The notes below the pieces were generated by a model. The model saw only the letters and a program-made list of their open reading frames with translations. It was not told the origin of the DNA and ran no database searches. A stretch of 64,000 nt of DNA, from positions 9,796,001 through 9,860,000 of the forward strand of contig JAWMAR010000054.1 in the NCBI GenBank assembly GCA_036785375.1, written 5' to 3'. How positions within the stretch are numbered: position 1 is the stretch's first letter; the number at the start of each line of letters is the position of its first letter. Source of the stretch: Leucoraja ocellata (taxonomy: Eukaryota). Shown piece by piece: positions 62,686 through 64,000 of this stretch. Position numbers and translations under genes: made by a program.

Positions 62686-63399
62686 AAAATACCTTGCAAT
62701 ACTTAAATTGCCTAAAGTCAGATTTCCATAAGTCAAGTCATTCGTAACACAGGGAGCCCTTGCGTTATGGAAAGAAAAATAATGGGTAACTTCAAGAATC
62801 TACGTTCAACGTCACCACAAATGACTCGTCACTAGAACATTTCAAAGGTCTGTATATAAACTGCGAATGTTCTGAACTGGGGAAGATCCGAAATGACCAT
62901 ATTATACCTCGAAACCCAGCATTGGGTAGACCATTGCTAATGTATTTCACCTCCACTGTGTCAATATTAGAAGGGAACTAAAAAAAATAAGATGGAAAAA
63001 CACAAGGCCAAACACAAACATATATAAATCACCTGAACATGAATGCAGCAAAGGTTAATACACCCAATCTGGTCAGCAAACTGGCAGGCTCCTCAAAGAT
63101 AGCCATCACTACAATAATACTTCACCCTTCACCCACTTCCAACTAATCATCATCAACAGCAGCAGAGTATTGTGCACCAGTATGGAGATATTTGATACAT
63201 CCAAACTCACATCCAGCTCAATTCAACTAAAAGCACATCACCACAGGAAATCCTGGTTCCTAGCTCTGAGACACATCACTTCCCCTCACAGTTAGGAGAG
63301 ACATCACAACAAGCGGGCAGTTCAAGAGGATTCATGACAAACCAAGGCAGCTTCTACAAAGATCGTGTTAACCACAACATCACAACAGGATCTTGAGCT

Positions 63400-63620
63400 G
63401 AAACGTCACCCATTCCTTCCCTCCAGAGACGCTGCCTGTCCCACTGAGTTACTCCAACATTTTGTGTCTATCTTCGATCACAATAACCCATATTGTTGAC
63501 ACTATAAGGGCAGTTCATAGAAGAGATAAAGACACAAAAAGCCGGAGTAACTCAGCGGGACAGGCAGCATCTCTGGAGAGAAGGAATGGGTGATGTTTCA
63601 GGACGAGACCCTTCTTCCAA
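63400..63620. mobile_element. Two PLE pLTR arms, tail-to-tail
   Basis: GAAACGTCACCCATTCC...GAGTTACTCC and its inverse about 50 bp later. Confidence 0.7.
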
Positions 63621-63774
63621 AGATATTCTGGCAAAAATGCGTGGAATCCGGCAACATCCAACTGGTACTTTGACAAAACCCATCGCTGAGTTTCCTGGCT
63701 GCGACCTACCCAGCCATCAGAGGATCTTTCTAACGATTGCTTCCATACAATCAACCAGCAAGAATGAATGTCTC

Positions 63775-64000
63775 ACGCTAGAGGCAGGAAACATGTTCCC
63801 GATATTGGGGGAGTCCAGAACCAGGGGCCACAGTTTAAGAATAAGGAGTAAGCCATTTAGAACGGAGACGAGGACACACTTTTTCTCACAGAGAGTGGCG
63901 AGTCTGTGGAATTCTCTGCCTCGGTGGTGGAGGCAGGTTCTCTGGATGCTTTCAAGAGAGAGCTAGATAGGGCTCTTAAAGATAGTGGAGTCAGGGGATA
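63775..64000 (+). mobile_element. CR1 subfamily B, running off the window
   Basis: TLEAGNMFPILGESRTRGHSLRIR. Confidence 0.9.

Larger units (their letters stand above)
61720..62762. mobile_element. Possible old Tigger/pogo-like MITE hosting two LINE insertions
   Basis: CAGGCAGTCCCTGGCTTA... left end and CGTAACACAGGGAGCCCTTG right end; imperfect, no TA TSD. Confidence 0.4.

Overview
Eukaryotic, repeat-dominated non-coding DNA with two N-gaps (26430-26629, 46532-47056). The HER1-like CR1 LINEs and HE1/V-SINE-like elements suggest a cartilaginous fish, probably a skate or ray (inference). I found no host protein-coding exon I can identify; the recognisable ORFs in the track are retroelement fragments or their antisense shadows. 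Contents: about 35 5'-truncated young CR1 copies in four subfamilies, which I label by 3' end: A (TTTCTATG)n; B (ATTGTCT)n; C (TTTCTATG with a different 3'UTR); D (ATATGGTT)n. Also present are older CR1s, Rex1/Babar, L1-like, Vingi-like and Crack-like LINE ends, V-SINEs, Penelope-like (PLE) GIY-YIG/pLTR fragments with minimal hammerhead motifs, four PIF/Harbinger-like MITEs, a hAT MITE and a non-autonomous Helitron. Three signals stand out. (1) Hammerhead-derived PLE hairpins travel inside other elements: without the catalytic core in a CR1 3'UTR, and with a near-intact core in a DNA MITE. (2) There are repeated footprints of template jumping during CR1 insertion, including capture of about 170 bp from a site 21 kb away. 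(3) A GC-rich non-coding retroposon family has a covarying stem-loop and interchangeable 3' tails. Element boundaries were read by eye and are approximate unless a TSD or TIR is quoted.
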